Source: Lachnospiraceae bacterium (GTDB taxonomy: Bacteria > Bacillota > Clostridia > Lachnospirales > Lachnospiraceae). From it: a stretch of 58,194 nt of DNA. The position numbers were made by a program, and so were the translations under genes. Positions 40,712 to 50,152 of the stretch are shown in pieces. The notes beneath the pieces were generated by a model. It did no database searches. It was not told where the DNA came from and was given only the letters and a program-made list of their open reading frames with translations. The first letter of the stretch is position 1. Every line of letters begins with the position of its first letter. Location: positions 1 through 58,194 of the forward strand of contig JAGALE010000231.1 of assembly GCA_017625335.1 (NCBI GenBank), given 5' to 3'.

Positions 40712-43700
40712 ATGAAAAATGTATTGGTTAATCAGCTTTATGGGATTTTGTTAAACATACACAAGAAGCACGGAAAGGTACGTGCAGACAAATCAAAGGA
40801 GTTAATAGATGATTTAGAGATATACTATGCAGTGTGCAAATTTTTCACATTGGATGAAAGGGCCCTTAAGATTGTTATTAAAAAGCAGGAAATGTTAGAA
40901 GAGTATGAAATGCTTAAGAAAAGCGCTGTTAAGGTGTTTAGTGATAAGATTAATAAGTTTGCTGCTAATTTTGAGATGATGAAAAGGGCCATAGATGAAA
41001 GCTATACTAGCTTTGCATACTTGGTTAACAATATGGATGATAGTGATTATGATTTAGCAGATAATATTGAAGAGCTATCTGATAAATATAATTTTATGAC
41101 TATGAAGGATATAGAGGATTCGTTTGGCTTCGTAGGTACTAAGATAGGAGATGCAGCAGAAGAACTGTGTGCATTTATTAATAATCTTACTGATAGATTG
41201 AAAATGAGAGCTACCTTTGGTTCAGCCTGTAGGCGTAGGTTAAGATTACAGGCTGAAAAATCCGAGGCAGTAGCAAAGGAAAAGGAAAAAATACAAGAAG
41301 GAATTGATTTAAGAACCAGACTGATAGAGGAAAAGAATAGATTAAACCAGGAGTTAAAGAGCAAAATCAAGGGTCAGGATATGGCAGTTGAGAAATTCGT
41401 AGATAGCTATATTAGATTTATGACCCGAGGTAAGGAAAGTGGAAAGCCGGCATCGGTATGCTTATTTGCAGGACCTCCAGGAACAGGTAAAACATTTTTG
41501 GCTGAAACATTTTCCTCACTTATTATGGAAGAGGGATATGAGTATAAAAGATTTGATATGTCTGCCTACGGAAGTAATTCAGGAGATGCCATATCAGGAC
41601 TTGTGGGATTTGAGCCAACCTGGAGAGATTCTCAGCCGGGAATGTTAACAAATTTTGTGAAAAAGCATCCAAAGTGTGTGCTTCTTTTTGACGAGATAGA
41701 GAAGGCGAGTAATTCGGTAAGACTTTTATTTTTAAGTGTATTAGAAGGAGCTACTCTTAGAGACAGATTTTATGACGTATCTGTATCCTTTGAGAATGCC
41801 ATAATAATATTCACAACTAATGAAGGGGCGGAGCTATATAAGAATAATTATAACACCAATCTTACAGCTATGCCTGATTCTGCTGTACTTGATGGACTTA
41901 GCAACTCCAATTTCCCACCGGAGCTTCTATCTAGATTTGCAGCTGGAAATGTTATTATGTTTAATCATTTGGATTATATTAACAAGCTGGAGATATTTAA
42001 ATCAAATCTAGAGTACTCTATTGATAGATTACAGAAGAACAGTGTAAGCTTTGAGTTTGAGTATGATAAGGATGTGCTACCTAAGCTATATCTGTATAAC
42101 AAGGGTGGGCACACAGACGCAAGATTTATAAGCTCCAATGTACGTAAATATACAGAGGATGAGTATATTGCAGCATTGGAATACATATACAACACAGAAC
42201 AAAGTATGGAATCTCTTAAGAAGATAGCTATATCTGTGGATTTAAACGATGATATAAGAAAATATTTTGAGCTTACCCAAAATCCACGAATTTTGTGCTT
42301 TGCTAATTGCGAAAAGCTATCCTATCTAAATACCTTATCAAAGAAGGTGGAGGTAGATTGGGTAAATACTGTAGAGGAATTTGAGGAGAAGCTTGATAGC
42401 TGTAATTGGAATAGTAAAAGCTTAAAAGACAAATATAGTGTGGCATTAATAAGTATATATGAAAAGGATGAGACGGCTGAAAAATATATAGATACACAGG
42501 GCTATAAGGCCATGCTTTCTATAAAGTCAAGACATCTTCAGCTACCTATAATGATAGAGGAAAATGTATCTAGAAATAAAGAAAAGGCTATAGATGTAGA
42601 TACAAGAAAAAATCTAAGCATGCAGGGCGTTGCAGATTTTGTGGATATATATTCAAAGGATTTTGAGAAGACGCTTATCAAGTATGATTTCTTTAATAAA
42701 TCACATAGATTAGCTAAGGATGGTAAGATAATAACTGCAGATAAGACATATGATTATGATGAAAAAAATGGAGTACTTAAGCTGTGCTATACAAACCTTG
42801 CAATAGGTAAGGGTAAAGAGGATGGCTTGCGTGAAAGACTTTTAGACGAGACATATCTGCTTGATAAAAAGCCACAGGTTCGCCTAAAGGATATATTTGG
42901 AAATCGCTTAGCTAAGGAAGCCGTAAAACGTTGTATCGACAACATTAAGTATCCGGAAAAGTATTTTAAGGCAGGAGTAAAGCTGATAAAGGGAATACTT
43001 ATGTATGGAGCACCTGGTATGGGTAAAACTATGCTAGCTAAAGCCATAGCATTTGAGTCAGGAGCAGCATTTATATCCACAGTAGGCTCTGATTTTATTG
43101 GTGAGGAAGGTGTAAAGAAGCTGGCAGAAGTATTCGAGACAGCTAGGCGTAAGAAACCATGTGTTATATTCATAGATGAGTTTGATGCCATATCCAAAAG
43201 CCGAGGAGACAAGAGCAATAATGATAAGAACAACGGGGAGATGGTGCTGAATAAAATCCTTAAGGAAATGGATGGCTTGGAGACCAATAATAATGGTGTG
43301 TATGTAATCGGTGCAACCAATTATAATTTAGAGGATTTAGATGCGGCTGTGGTAAGAAGATTTAGCTCTAAGATTTTATTCCCATATCCTAACAAAGGAG
43401 AATGCTTAGAGTTTCTTGATTATATTATACATAAGAAGGGCTTAGATGAGGTTATATCACCTAGAGCAATAAAGACCCTTAATCTTATGATGTATGGTCA
43501 CATGACTAATTATTCTGATATAGAAACCTTTATAGAGGAGTCAATATCAGAAGCAGTTTATAGAGATGTTCCGGTTACGGAGAGATTTTTAATTAACCGT
43601 ATTCATGAGGTTACAGGAGGAATAGCTCGTAATGATGGGGACATAGACAAATTAAGAGGAACTTCCTATCATGAGGCTGGACACGCTGTATTGCAGTGGT

Positions 43701-44812
43701 ACTATGGAAGAAAGAATGAATATGTAACTGTAGTATCAAGAGGCAGCTATGGTGGATATGCTATGGCTAATTCTAATATATTTACCAAGAAGGAATTCTT
43801 AGAGCAAATTAGAATATCCTTAGCTGGGCGTATATGTGAGGTTATGCACTATGGTTTAGGGGATGAGTTTGATAATGAGGGAATAAATATTGGTGCTCAT
43901 TCAGATCTTAGAAAGGCAACAAGCTGTGCCTATGATTATGTATGTCGATTTGGCTTTGGCAATAGACTTGCTGTGCTTGCAGATAGAGGCGCTACAAGGA
44001 ACGGGTATCTTGAGGAAATCCTACCTGAAAATGAAAAGCAGGCTATCTGGGATGAAGTAAATAGTATTCTAAGAAGAGAATGGGATACTACAAGAGAGAT
44101 TTTAACAAAGCTGTGGAATAAGGTAGTTGCAATAGCTACATCTCTTATTTATATGAAGGAGCTGGATGGCGAAGCAATACAAAGGGTGTTGGAAACTGAA
44201 ATTCCAATATTGGAAGAAAGCTGCTTTGAAAACAATAACTACGATTATACCCAGATGTCATGGACTATAGATGGTGAGAAGTTTGTAGAATACTATCCAT
44301 ATGGTTATCCTATATATCCTCGTTCTATAATAAAGGCTGTAACTGATACAGAGAAAAATGATGACGCAAGTGATAAGACATATTATTATGCGGTAAAATC
44401 CAGAACGGGAGGATTAGGTATTTGGCAAAATTTAAAAGATGCTATAGCTGTTGCATATCAAAGAGGGGCTGCATGTAGACGATTTGAAAGCTTGGATGCG
44501 GCTAATGAATACTTAATGAGTCTTGAGCTAAGGGTATCATCAATTAATGGTAATCAGCTTGTAAAGCTAGAGGTTGATGCATTTGATAGTATACAGGAAA
44601 GTGTGTTCAATGCTACGGAGATAAAAATTCTTAAGGATGAGGACATAAATCAGTTAAGACAAGAGGCAGATAAAGAGTCCATTACCTTAGGAGAATATTT
44701 TGTCAAATATATGATTAAGAAAAAGCTAGTTTTGTCTGATAGTGATTTTGAGATGATTTACATTATCTATGATCAGGAGCTTAAGGACGTATTATTGGAA
44801 ATCTGGGGTTAG
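40712..44812 (+). CDS. Soluble fusion protease: Clp-type AAA+ / receiver-like / FtsH-type AAA+ / M41 Zn peptidase / viroplasmin-like domain (paralog 1)
   Basis: GQD..V, GPPGTGKT, LLFDEIEKA, FPPELLSRF; GAPGMGKT, IFIDEFD, GATN; HEAGH, LAGR..E, GAHSDL; no TM; start 40712 from RBS and alignment with paralog 2. Confidence 0.88.
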   Translation: MKNVLVNQLYGILLNIHKKHGKVRADKSKELIDDLEIYYAVCKFFTLDERALKIVIKKQEMLEEYEMLKKSAVKVFSDKINKFAANFEMMKRAIDESYTSFAYLVNNMDDSDYDLADNIEELSDKYNFMTMKDIEDSFGFVGTKIGDAAEELCAFINNLTDRLKMRATFGSACRRRLRLQAEKSEAVAKEKEKIQEGIDLRTRLIEEKNRLNQELKSKIKGQDMAVEKFVDSYIRFMTRGKESGKPASVCLFAGPPGTGKTFLAETFSSLIMEEGYEYKRFDMSAYGSNSGDAISGLVGFEPTWRDSQPGMLTNFVKKHPKCVLLFDEIEKASNSVRLLFLSVLEGATLRDRFYDVSVSFENAIIIFTTNEGAELYKNNYNTNLTAMPDSAVLDGLSNSNFPPELLSRFAAGNVIMFNHLDYINKLEIFKSNLEYSIDRLQKNSVSFEFEYDKDVLPKLYLYNKGGHTDARFISSNVRKYTEDEYIAALEYIYNTEQSMESLKKIAISVDLNDDIRKYFELTQNPRILCFANCEKLSYLNTLSKKVEVDWVNTVEEFEEKLDSCNWNSKSLKDKYSVALISIYEKDETAEKYIDTQGYKAMLSIKSRHLQLPIMIEENVSRNKEKAIDVDTRKNLSMQGVADFVDIYSKDFEKTLIKYDFFNKSHRLAKDGKIITADKTYDYDEKNGVLKLCYTNLAIGKGKEDGLRERLLDETYLLDKKPQVRLKDIFGNRLAKEAVKRCIDNIKYPEKYFKAGVKLIKGILMYGAPGMGKTMLAKAIAFESGAAFISTVGSDFIGEEGVKKLAEVFETARRKKPCVIFIDEFDAISKSRGDKSNNDKNNGEMVLNKILKEMDGLETNNNGVYVIGATNYNLEDLDAAVVRRFSSKILFPYPNKGECLEFLDYIIHKKGLDEVISPRAIKTLNLMMYGHMTNYSDIETFIEESISEAVYRDVPVTERFLINRIHEVTGGIARNDGDIDKLRGTSYHEAGHAVLQWYYGRKNEYVTVVSRGSYGGYAMANSNIFTKKEFLEQIRISLAGRICEVMHYGLGDEFDNEGINIGAHSDLRKATSCAYDYVCRFGFGNRLAVLADRGATRNGYLEEILPENEKQAIWDEVNSILRREWDTTREILTKLWNKVVAIATSLIYMKELDGEAIQRVLETEIPILEESCFENNNYDYTQMSWTIDGEKFVEYYPYGYPIYPRSIIKAVTDTEKNDDASDKTYYYAVKSRTGGLGIWQNLKDAIAVAYQRGAACRRFESLDAANEYLMSLELRVSSINGNQLVKLEVDAFDSIQESVFNATEIKILKDEDINQLRQEADKESITLGEYFVKYMIKKKLVLSDSDFEMIYIIYDQELKDVLLEIWG

Positions 44813-44828
44813 CCCCAGATTTCTTTTT
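44799..44828 (+). terminator. Intrinsic terminator overlapping the stop codon
   Basis: GAAATCTGGGG TTAG CCCCAGATTTC TTTTT. Confidence 0.85.
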
Positions 44829-44921
44829 GCGTAAACAATGAGCCAAGCGGATTACACGCTTGCATAGTAATCCATTTGGCGAATGTCAATCACTTAATAT
44901 GGGATGTGGCAAAGTATAGTC

Positions 44922-44960
44922 CGTGAAATTTACGAAAAATAATCACACTACCCTTACAAT
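44922..44960 (+). promoter_or_regulatory. CGT-N7-ACG palindrome + -10 box (copy 2)
   Basis: CGTGAAATTTACG 44922-44934; TACAAT 44955-44960. Confidence 0.6.
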
Positions 44961-45049
44961 GTACCTACAGCCGGTTTAAGCTGGCGCAGCTTATGTAGTA
45001 TTGCTATTTGGAATTAGGCGAGTTAGGGATTATGTAAAGGAGGATTTAT

Positions 45050-45661
45050 ATGGCAAATTACGCAAAGGAATCAGCAAAGGGAATAGAGGTACTAACCTTA
45101 GAGGATGTACTTTATTCAAGCAGAGAAATTTTTATCACTGACGAGGTAAATGCCAGTACCTCAGTAAAGCTTATTAAGGAGCTTATGGTATTAGATAAGC
45201 TCAGTGATGAGGAGGTAACAATCTATATTAACTCTCCCGGAGGAGAGGTGATAAGTGGTATGGCTGTGTATGATGTTATACGTATGATGAGAGCACCGGT
45301 TAAAACGGTTTGTATAGGAACAGCGGCTAGTATGGGTGCCATGTTATTTCTTGCAGGTGACAAGAGAGAGATGCTGCCACATACCAGACTTATGATTCAT
45401 GATCCTGCCTTTGGAGGAGGTAATATGGCTGGTAAGAAGCCACACGAATTGCAGCAGTATGTAGAGAAGCTTAAGCAGACACAGGATATAATAGTAGATA
45501 TCATTGCTGAGAGAACAGGTAAGTCTAAGGAGGAGGTTAGAGATACAACTAAGGAGGATTCCTACTTTAATGTAGAGGAAGCAATGGAATATGGTCTTGC
45601 TACAGGCGTTTATGCTACGGCTAATAATACATTAGGTAATGAGAATTTAGTGCTTTTATAG
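45050..45661 (+). CDS. clpP: ClpP-family serine peptidase (accessory paralog)
   Basis: YINSPGG, AASMGA (Ser), MIHDP (His), EDSYF (Asp), EAMEYGL. Confidence 0.92.
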   Translation: MANYAKESAKGIEVLTLEDVLYSSREIFITDEVNASTSVKLIKELMVLDKLSDEEVTIYINSPGGEVISGMAVYDVIRMMRAPVKTVCIGTAASMGAMLFLAGDKREMLPHTRLMIHDPAFGGGNMAGKKPHELQQYVEKLKQTQDIIVDIIAERTGKSKEEVRDTTKEDSYFNVEEAMEYGLATGVYATANNTLGNENLVLL

Positions 45662-45715
45662 TAAGTGGTTGATGGTAGTCTAAGAAAATGGTACAATGTA
45701 CGCAATATATTATTT

Positions 45716-45753
45716 CGTAAAAAATACGAAAAATATGTTGCGTATATTAGTAT
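45716..45753 (+). promoter_or_regulatory. CGT-N7-ACG palindrome + -10-like box (copy 3, inside a larger inverted repeat 45699-45744)
   Basis: CGTAAAAAATACG 45716-45728; TAGTAT 45748-45753. Confidence 0.5.
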
Positions 45754-45805
45754 TGAGTTAGCTCTTATGGGTAATTATTATAATATCGATTAAGGAGGGA
45801 AAAGC

Positions 45806-46837
45806 ATGAGTAAAAAGTATATGGATAATAAACTGGAATTAGAGTTTAAGATCAAGGAGTTTATGGACCATTTTACAGGACTTGATACACCATTAAAGGA
45901 GTATGTATGTGATGAGGATGGTAAGCTTTCGGAGGAGCAGGTGGATGAGCTTATTCATCAGATAATAAGTCATATGTACAATAATGATTGGTATTATGAA
46001 TATTATGGTATGAGTGGTGCTAAAAAGGTGTGCTTAGAGCAATTTTTATATCTCGCTATTACATCTTATAGCTATGTGGATAGAGTTGTAACATTTAGAG
46101 ATATATTAAATCTTTTGGACCCTAAGAACATGGGATATAGCAGCCTGTTTGAGCTCTATAAGCATGAGGTGGATGAGTATAGAAGTCGTCCCAATGGTTT
46201 CTTCGGCAGACTCCATGATAATTATATAGAACTGTCAGGTAGAACTATATTAGAGGATGTAGGGCAGCAGGAGAATGCCATTATAGATAAGGAACTTGAT
46301 GATAAGAACGGGTCGGAGCAGCATAAGGCACAGATGGAGGCTATCTATGATGAGTATAAGGATAGAGGTTGGGATCCTATATATGAATTAGGAGAAGATG
46401 GTATGCCACCGGATGAGGTGGTTTTCGATTATCCTGATGAAGTTATAAATGCGCCTGGTAAGCTTTATGAAAATAATGAAAGTGACGAGCTTTTATATGG
46501 TAATCCTCAGGATGTGATAGAAGAGCCTAGTACACCTAGGGTCTCAATTTTGAGAGGAGCAGAGGAATATAAGAAGAGACAGGAGAAGATGCAGGAAGAA
46601 AAGGCAGCCTTATTAGCAGCCTGGAAGGAGAGTATAAAAAATACAGATAGATTCTTAGAGTCATGTAGAGATTTTAGAAAGCTGTATTTTGTAGTTGGTA
46701 TTAATAAGAATGAATTAGAAGAAACCTTCATACATTTTTTACATGCTAATGGTAAGTGTAAGCTGGGCGATGATAATAAGGTTAATGAGCTATATGTGGC
46801 CTTGGCCAGAGCAAAAAGAGTGTCAGACCGTAGCTAA
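45806..46837 (+). CDS. Hypothetical acidic protein
   Basis: AAGGAGG RBS, 343-aa ORF, no recognised motif. Confidence 0.75.
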   Translation: MSKKYMDNKLELEFKIKEFMDHFTGLDTPLKEYVCDEDGKLSEEQVDELIHQIISHMYNNDWYYEYYGMSGAKKVCLEQFLYLAITSYSYVDRVVTFRDILNLLDPKNMGYSSLFELYKHEVDEYRSRPNGFFGRLHDNYIELSGRTILEDVGQQENAIIDKELDDKNGSEQHKAQMEAIYDEYKDRGWDPIYELGEDGMPPDEVVFDYPDEVINAPGKLYENNESDELLYGNPQDVIEEPSTPRVSILRGAEEYKKRQEKMQEEKAALLAAWKESIKNTDRFLESCRDFRKLYFVVGINKNELEETFIHFLHANGKCKLGDDNKVNELYVALARAKRVSDRS

Positions 46838-46852
46838 GCTGGAGGTGGAGAT

Positions 46853-47977
46853 ATGTTTAGAGAAGATTTCTATCGATGGCTAAGAGATGATTTTATAGTT
46901 AATAGGACCGCCCTTAATTCTGGTGGTTCATTCTTAGCAAAATACTTTGAGAAGCATTCCTATATGGTTCCGAAATATGATGATTTATGTAATTTGTTAG
47001 AGGGATTTAAAGCCGGAAAGCTTTCAAAGGATGACTTATATTATGTGGTTCACGATATATATAAAAGAGGGAAGCTACAGATATTTGAAAAAGTAAATTT
47101 AGATACAGATAAAAAAGAAGAGGGAGTGGTAAAAAGTGTAGATCCATTTAAGGCTGTGGATGAAGCAGATATATCAGATGCTCAGCTTATAGATTTAACG
47201 GGCAAGATTTTATCGGCTATGCTGGATGAAAAGGTTAAGGCATATCTGTATGATGTTGGATTTCCTGTTCCAAGAATGGTTGATGTGGGCAAAAAGTCTA
47301 ATGATGACTTGAATTCTTACATAAAGGAAATCGCTATTCCTAGAAAGAAGGAAGCAATACTTGATCTAATTGATGAGTTTTTGATGCATAATAATATATC
47401 CTTAAAGTTTAACGATTTGGGAAAAATTGTGTCAGAAAAAAAGGAAAATGATGAGGATAAAGCTTCCCTAAAATCAGCTGAGTTTAAAGAAGAAGCAAAG
47501 AGAGTATATGGGATAATACGTAATAGCAAGAGAACAGATATAATACTTCCTTTATATCAAAGTGGACTGTGTGGAATTTATATACTTGGAAGAGATGTGA
47601 TTAATTCAGAGGAGCTTATTAATAAAGGGGCGGAAAGACTGAAGAATAATCAGATCTTTAAGTCTAATATGAAAGTAGCAAGTAATAGAGAGCGAATTAT
47701 AGAGGACTATTATAACAAAACATCATATCTTTGCTTTGTGTATTCCGCTAGCTTTTGGGATACAGACACTGTTATAGAGAAAAGAGAAAAGGGCGACCTT
47801 TGGCCCCAAAGTAATCTACAGGCAGAGCTTGACATAACTGTGTGCTACAGTATAAAGGATGCAATAGCAACCTATGAGCTGAATTCGTACTGTGGTGATA
47901 TGGCATACGAAAGCTTTAATGGGCAGTTTATTCCTGAGCTAGGAGAGAAATATAAACAGTATTTTGAATGTGAGTAG
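46853..47977 (+). CDS. Hypothetical protein
   Basis: GGAGGTGGAG RBS, 374-aa ORF in an operon with the previous gene; terminator at 47988-48030. Confidence 0.75.
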   Translation: MFREDFYRWLRDDFIVNRTALNSGGSFLAKYFEKHSYMVPKYDDLCNLLEGFKAGKLSKDDLYYVVHDIYKRGKLQIFEKVNLDTDKKEEGVVKSVDPFKAVDEADISDAQLIDLTGKILSAMLDEKVKAYLYDVGFPVPRMVDVGKKSNDDLNSYIKEIAIPRKKEAILDLIDEFLMHNNISLKFNDLGKIVSEKKENDEDKASLKSAEFKEEAKRVYGIIRNSKRTDIILPLYQSGLCGIYILGRDVINSEELINKGAERLKNNQIFKSNMKVASNRERIIEDYYNKTSYLCFVYSASFWDTDTVIEKREKGDLWPQSNLQAELDITVCYSIKDAIATYELNSYCGDMAYESFNGQFIPELGEKYKQYFECE

Positions 47978-48087
47978 GGGAAAATTTAAACGACTACTGG
48001 AGTTTTACTCCATGTAGTCGTTTTTTGTTTTTAGCAAAAAAAGTTAAGTGGAGTACATGCTTTTAGGGAAATACATTTTACGAATGT

Positions 48088-48126
48088 CGTAAAAATCACG
48101 GAATAAAAATAGCCTCCCCTTATACT
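48088..48126 (+). promoter_or_regulatory. CGT-N7-ACG palindrome + -10 box (copy 4)
   Basis: CGTAAAAATCACG 48088-48100; TATACT 48121-48126. Confidence 0.6.
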
Positions 48127-48190
48127 GATACCAAGACAACAAAATACCAGGCTCAGTTATTCCCGCTTTTGGGAATAGGAAGGAGGTTAT

Positions 48191-48808
48191 ATGAGAAGAA
48201 GTCTTAATGACGTTTTGCGAGAAGCGAGAAAGGAGAGTATAAAAAATCCAAAGGATATTATGTCCTGCCTGGAAAAAATGGGAGCATTATCCTTGTATCA
48301 GCTTATGCTTAGTAGTGGCAATGTTAAACCGGATGACAAGCTTATGCATAATTATATATTAATGGGAGTAATAATCTCTTATGAAAAAATAATTGTCTTA
48401 AATGATTTTGAAATTGAAAGAGGGTTGAGACAGATAACTTTAAGAGATTTTTGCTGTATGTCGGATCATTTGGACAAGCATATAGATAAGAGCCTTACAG
48501 AGGGATTGTTAAGTGACTATAAGCATGGAAATTTATATGTTGTAGCTAATAAGAAGATAGGCAATATCATACAGGAGGCTAGTGAAAATGGCAATAAGAT
48601 AGCTAAGGATTTTTCTAGAATTAACACAGCAATATTAGATACCTTACTTAACTTGCCAGAGGAATATAATCCTGATTTTAATTATGGTAATAATAGGCTG
48701 ATGGACTATCTACAGGATGGTGGTATAGGGGGTGTATTTAAACTGTGTAAGGACTACAACATTAATAAGGCAATAGATAGATTTTTAGATTTAGCAATAG
48801 AAAAATAA
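48191..48808 (+). CDS. Hypothetical protein
   Basis: AGGAGG RBS, 205-aa ORF in an operon with the VirD4-like gene. Confidence 0.75.
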   Translation: MRRSLNDVLREARKESIKNPKDIMSCLEKMGALSLYQLMLSSGNVKPDDKLMHNYILMGVIISYEKIIVLNDFEIERGLRQITLRDFCCMSDHLDKHIDKSLTEGLLSDYKHGNLYVVANKKIGNIIQEASENGNKIAKDFSRINTAILDTLLNLPEEYNPDFNYGNNRLMDYLQDGGIGGVFKLCKDYNINKAIDRFLDLAIEK

Positions 48809-48821
48809 GGAGGTAACAGCT

Positions 48822-50069
48822 ATGAATAATATGTTTAAAAAGAATTATGGATATAGAAATATAGCGGGGGTGGTTGTAAGCAATGATACATTTGAAACAG
48901 GCTTGAATAACCATGATATGGTGTTAGCAAAGACAGGAGGGGGAAAGACGGGAATATATGTTAGTTCTTATATGGAAGAAGCCTTTGAGAGTCTTGTGGT
49001 GGTAGATACCAAGGGAATCTTGTATCGCATGTATAAGGAACATCTTCTTAGCCAGGGAATTAAGGTGAAGCTTATAGATATGGTTAAGCCTGAAAATTCT
49101 ACTTGTGGATTTAATCCATTGGCCTTTACCAAGGTGAGAGGTACCAGGGGGTATAGCCAGAAGGAGCTAAAGTCCGTTGTGGCAGCTTTAGTTCCTATGA
49201 GTTTAGATGAGAAGGATAAATACTGGGTATTATCTGCCAGAAAGTATCTCTATGCGATATGCTGTTATGTAATGGAATTTCTTGAGGCTAAGGATCAAAA
49301 TCTTGGTTCTGTTTTGGCAATACATAAGGAGTTTTGTTCAGACACTATGGACGAAATTTTTGAGAATGCCAGTACAAAAAAACCAGGCTCAGCCTTTGCA
49401 GGAGCATATAACCAGGTGAAGGGGTTAAAGGTATCTGATAAGACCTGGGCCTGTGTAATGGATTTTGCCAGTACAGCTCTTGACATTATGGATAGTGATG
49501 AGATGAAAATCATTTTTTCAAAGAAAAAGAATATAAGCTTTGAGGAGCTAGGGAGGGAAAAGACAGTTCTCTTTATTAATATTAGCGATATTGACCGATG
49601 CTTTGATGGCATAGTAAATCTGCTTTATCTACAGGGGATAAAATCCTTGGTGGAGTCCGCTGACGGCAATCCTGATGGAAGATTATATATGCCAGTCAGA
49701 TTTATATTTGATGATTTTGCCTGTGGCGCACCCATAGATAATTTTGACAATATAATAAGCGTGGTTCGTTCCCGTGATATATCATGCAGTCTTATAGTAC
49801 AGAGTTTGACTCAGCTTAATACAGTATATGGAACTGATAGAGCAACAACCATTATCAATGCCTGTGACCACCTACTTTATCTAAGTGGAAATGATGATGT
49901 AACCAAGGATTTTATTGCTTATAGATTAAATAAGCCAAGACATATAGTGGATAGACTTCCTAGTGACAAGGCCTATCTTCTTGAGGCTGGGTCAGCACCA
50001 AGACTTATATATAAGCCAAAGCCATATGCACTTTATAATAGGATTATGGCGGAGAAGGAGTTGCAGTAG
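48822..50069 (+). CDS. VirD4/TraG-like coupling ATPase lacking the N-terminal membrane anchor
   Basis: KTGGGKT Walker A, VVDTKG, FNPL, D.YW, FIFDDFA, RSRDIS...QSLTQL..VYG. Confidence 0.85.
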   Translation: MNNMFKKNYGYRNIAGVVVSNDTFETGLNNHDMVLAKTGGGKTGIYVSSYMEEAFESLVVVDTKGILYRMYKEHLLSQGIKVKLIDMVKPENSTCGFNPLAFTKVRGTRGYSQKELKSVVAALVPMSLDEKDKYWVLSARKYLYAICCYVMEFLEAKDQNLGSVLAIHKEFCSDTMDEIFENASTKKPGSAFAGAYNQVKGLKVSDKTWACVMDFASTALDIMDSDEMKIIFSKKKNISFEELGREKTVLFINISDIDRCFDGIVNLLYLQGIKSLVESADGNPDGRLYMPVRFIFDDFACGAPIDNFDNIISVVRSRDISCSLIVQSLTQLNTVYGTDRATTIINACDHLLYLSGNDDVTKDFIAYRLNKPRHIVDRLPSDKAYLLEAGSAPRLIYKPKPYALYNRIMAEKELQ

Positions 50070-50152
50070 AACGGTTAAAGTAAGCAAAATCACATAGTGA
50101 AAAAGGGGATAGTGTGATATAATTTAAACAGTGGGTAATTGGGAGGTACATT

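Noticed and set aside
48822-50069. Calling the 40-58 kb region an ICE or prophage because of VirD4 and ClpP
   Set aside because: No integrase, relaxase, VirB4, portal, terminase or capsid genes, and no att repeat at the left boundary.
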